Below, piece after piece: positions 59,687 to 64,000 of a stretch of DNA of 64,000 bases. The stretch's first letter is position 1. Each line of letters begins with the position of its first letter. Position numbers and translations under genes: made by a program. Under the pieces are notes generated by a model. It ran no database searches. It was not told the DNA's origin and saw only the letters and a list, made by a program, of their open reading frames with translations. Source of the stretch: the human T2T-CHM13v2.0 reference genome, Homo sapiens; the NCBI RefSeq assembly GCF_009914755.1, contig NC_060936.1. One strand, written 5' to 3'.

Positions 59687-61038
59687 TAACTACTAATCAG
59701 ATATTCACTTATCAGTCCTCTTTCAAATATATACTTAAAACTTCCAAGTTTTTGGAGCCTTTCCTTGGTTCATGTTTGGGTCTGGAACATATAGACATAG
59801 TCAATATATAATTGAATAAATGACTGGCTGACTGAATAAACCTCTAGCTCTAAATATAAAAGCATTGAGATCAGGAAACATCACTGTTCTCTATCTTAAA
59901 AATAATAAAAACGTAATAAGGAAAAAAGCATTAGGAAAAGGTTTTTTTTTGCCACTAGATTCTAAGTGGTAACATAGAATTTGAAGAATCAGAAGCATGT
60001 GAAAAGAGTGACTTAGTTGTATCTGGGTGTGGCTGAGAAAGAATTTTTCTCCCCTTTCATCTTTTAATCTCCATCAGACATTGCTCCTCTCAGGTAGCCT
60101 GAGAATGAAGCTATTTACTTCTGTCTCATTAGTTCTTCTTTGATCCTGACAGCTGCAGTCAATACAAAAGAAATGCCACAGCCCCAGGAAAAGATTCCAA
60201 TGTCCCCACGTGGAGGACGTGCAGAGACAGCATCATTCTTTGTCTCCCACATTCTTATCTACCTGGTGACAGGACAGTGACTTCTGCCCCCTTCTCTCTC
60301 ACTAATAAGTAGCTAGTCAACATGATTAGTATAGCCTCATTCCAAAATAGCTACATGTCTCACTAGGGGTCCTAAAAGATAAGAACAGAGCTTCTAGTTT
60401 AAATTGTATTGTATTTACTTAGTTTTTAGAGATGACAGAAGAAAAGTGGGATTACTTACCTCCTCAAGAAAAACCTTACAACTGTAACAAATGAATAAAC
60501 ATGGGGAAGAGAAACAAAAGGCCAAAAAGGCAATGGGATATGGTAAGAATATAATTTTTCTTTAAATAACAGTATATGAACATTGTGTCCAAATTTAATC
60601 ATCGGGCACTGTTAATATTGAAAAAATTATGGAGATTGAGAATGATGACAGAAAAATGTAAACTTTTCCATTTTAAAAAAGTGGAAAAGAAACAGTGCTT
60701 CATTATTTTCCTACTAAAGTCTAGAAAGATTATTAACAGATGATTTGTATGCAAGAAGAGAGCAGTGATAGGCCGGGCACGGTGGCTCACACCTCTAATC
60801 CCAGCAATTTGGGAGGCCGAGGCGGGCGGATCACCTGAGGAACCGAGTTCAAGACCAGCCTAACCAATATGGAGAAACCCCATCTCTACTAAAAATACGA
60901 AATTACCTGGGCGTGGTGGCACATGCCTGTAATCCCAGCTATTTGGGAGGCTTGCTTGAACCTGGGAGGCAGAAGTTGCGGTGAGCCGAGATGGTGCCAT
61001 TGCACTCCGGCCTGGGTAACAAGAGCAAAACTCTGTCT

Positions 61039-61069
<31 letters not shown>

Positions 61070-61164
61070 GCAGTGATTAGTTGGAAGCAGAATTATTTCA
61101 TTAAGTTTAAAACTTTTCTAACTTTTTCCCATAAAGTTAATAAAATCAGAGAAATACCATAGTC

Positions 61165-61370
61165 CTAAATATGGATATTACTGACATTTGGAGCCAGACA
61201 ATTCTTTGTTACAGAGGCTTGTCCCATGCATTACAGAATGGTTAGCAGAATCCCTGGCCCCTCCCCACTAGAAGCTTGTAATCCCTTTCCTGTAATCATG
61301 ACAACAAAAATATCTCCAGGTATTGCCAAATGTCCACTGGGAGCAAATCACCACTGTTTGAGAACCACTG
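61165..61370. mobile_element. MER20 hAT fossil
   Basis: tgacatttggagccagacaattctttgt ... ttgccaaatgtcc ... ttgagaaccactg. Confidence 0.8.
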
Positions 61371-61635
61371 CCTTAGACAGACACCACGCACCTTGATTTC
61401 AGCAAGACATCTCAGAAAATCTCCAATGAGATCCTGTGCAAAAGGCTGAAATACCTCACCTATCTGACACTCAACTGTTTGGGAAACTCATTTATTTTGA
61501 ATATACGCAGGAGGAAACAAGGAAAGAAAACAGGATTTCTCGCTAGAATTCAAAGCATAACTCATAGGAAGGCTTTGGTTCCTCTCAGGAAGCACTTTCT
61601 CTCTCCTTTTTTTTTTGAGACGGAGTGTTTTTTGA

Positions 61636-61848
<213 letters not shown>

Positions 61849-61886
61849 TGATCTCCCTGCCTCGGCCTCCCAAAGTGCTAGGATTA

Positions 61887-62600
<714 letters not shown>

Positions 62601-62929
62601 TTATAAAAGTCAACCATATTTCTGAAGGAATGGCAAATCCGAGGGATGATACTCCTACATTTTGTGTATTATTTGGGTCATGTTAGTCCTTGGCATCCTA
62701 CCTGAAAAGGCATATGACCAGCCAGGATGATGACATGTCTGGAAACAGGTCCTGAAGGACAGCTGGAGAAACTAAGATTGTTTGTTTAGATTAGAAAATA
62801 TAAGATGTAGCCTGGGTGCGGTGGCTCACGCCTGTAATCTCAGCACTTTGGGAGGCTGAGGCGGGCAGATCACCTGAGGTTGGGAGTTTGAGACCAGCCT
62901 GACCAGCATGGAGAAACCCATCTCTACTA

Positions 62930-63181
<252 letters not shown>

Positions 63182-63353
63182 TCAGGAACCCCGAATGGAA
63201 ATGGACATCAAATTTATATAACATTTATAGTCACCTTAGTGTAATGGCAAGAACTTTCTGATAACTAGAGCTATCGAAAATATAATGGGCTGCCTTGTAA
63301 GTTAGTTAAGTTTTTCACTGATGGCTTTCCCCCTGACTTCCAGAGTCATATAT

Positions 63354-63386
63354 CACTTGATCTTGGCCAAAAGGCTGAGAAGTGAT
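63354..63386 (-). pseudogene. 3'-truncated U2 snRNA retrocopy (U2 nt 1-33)
   Basis: Reverse complement is ATCACTTCTCAGCCTTTTGGCCAAGATCAAGTG, 30/33 to U2 (two differences are CpG decay). Perfect 13-bp TSD cagagtcatatat (63341-63353 / 63387-63399). Confidence 0.92.
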
Positions 63387-64000
63387 CAGAGTCATATATA
63401 TATATAGCCTGTCTTATTTGTACCTGGGTGGTCAAAAAGCATCTCAAATTAATCATAGCCAAAGGAGAAGTCCTGTTTATTTTTCACACTCTCAAATCTT
63501 TTCCTTCTCTAGTCTTTTACATCTCAGTAAATGTTATCACTATTCACTCAATTCCAAAAGCTAGGAGTTATTTAGGATTTTTCTCTTTCCCACTCCTTCC
63601 ATATCCAGTCCATCAACAAAAACTGTTATCTTGGCCAGGTGTGGTGGCTCATGCCTGTAATCCTAGCACTTTGGGAGGCCGACGCGGGTGTATCACCTGA
63701 GGTCAGGAATTTGAGACCAGCCTGGCCAACATGGTGAAAGCCCGTCTCTATTAAAAAAAAAAAAAAATTAGCTGGGCGTTGGTGGTGGGCATCTGTAATC
63801 CCAGTTACTTGGGAGGCAAAGGAGGCTAAGGCAGGAGAATTGTTTGAACCCAGGAGGCAGAGGTTGCAGTGAGCTGAGATTGCGTCACTGCACTCCAGCT
63901 TGGTCAACAGAGCAAGACTTCGTCTCAAAAAAAAAAAAAAAATAGTGTAGAATAAATCAATGGTGTTGTCATACAATAAAATACTCTGTAGCCATTAAAA

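Overview
This is human (primate) genomic DNA covering the 5' three-quarters of SLC2A3 (GLUT3) on the minus strand plus about 50 kb of upstream sequence. Coding exons 1-9 lie between 14209 and 1003 and have GT-AG boundaries. They join to 1272 nt (424 codons) in one open frame, and exon 10 lies left of the window. Residues such as DKGNAPP, LLTSLW and [15 protein letters not shown], plus the MGTQK first exon, identify SLC2A3 rather than its paralog SLC2A14. The promoter at about 14300-14560 has a TATA box, GC boxes and a G4-capable run. The rest of the window is extremely Alu-rich (about 110 copies or fragments by manual count, roughly 40-50% of bases by estimate). It also carries LTR relics, DNA-transposon and L1 fossils, a Y3 RNA retropseudogene and two 3'-truncated U2 snRNA retrocopies. 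The most notable non-coding feature is a CpG-rich island about 35 kb upstream with nine RCGTG hypoxia-response cores, eight of them on one strand; this matches my recollection of a published distal HIF enhancer and lncRNA (NICI) promoter. I see no convincing new protein-coding gene or wholly new system. The best leads are the HRE array, the 5'UTR uORF/ATG|GT arrangement, an apparently chimeric ERVL/MaLR element and the paired U2 fragments. Repeat family names come from recalled consensus sequences, and repeat boundaries are approximate.
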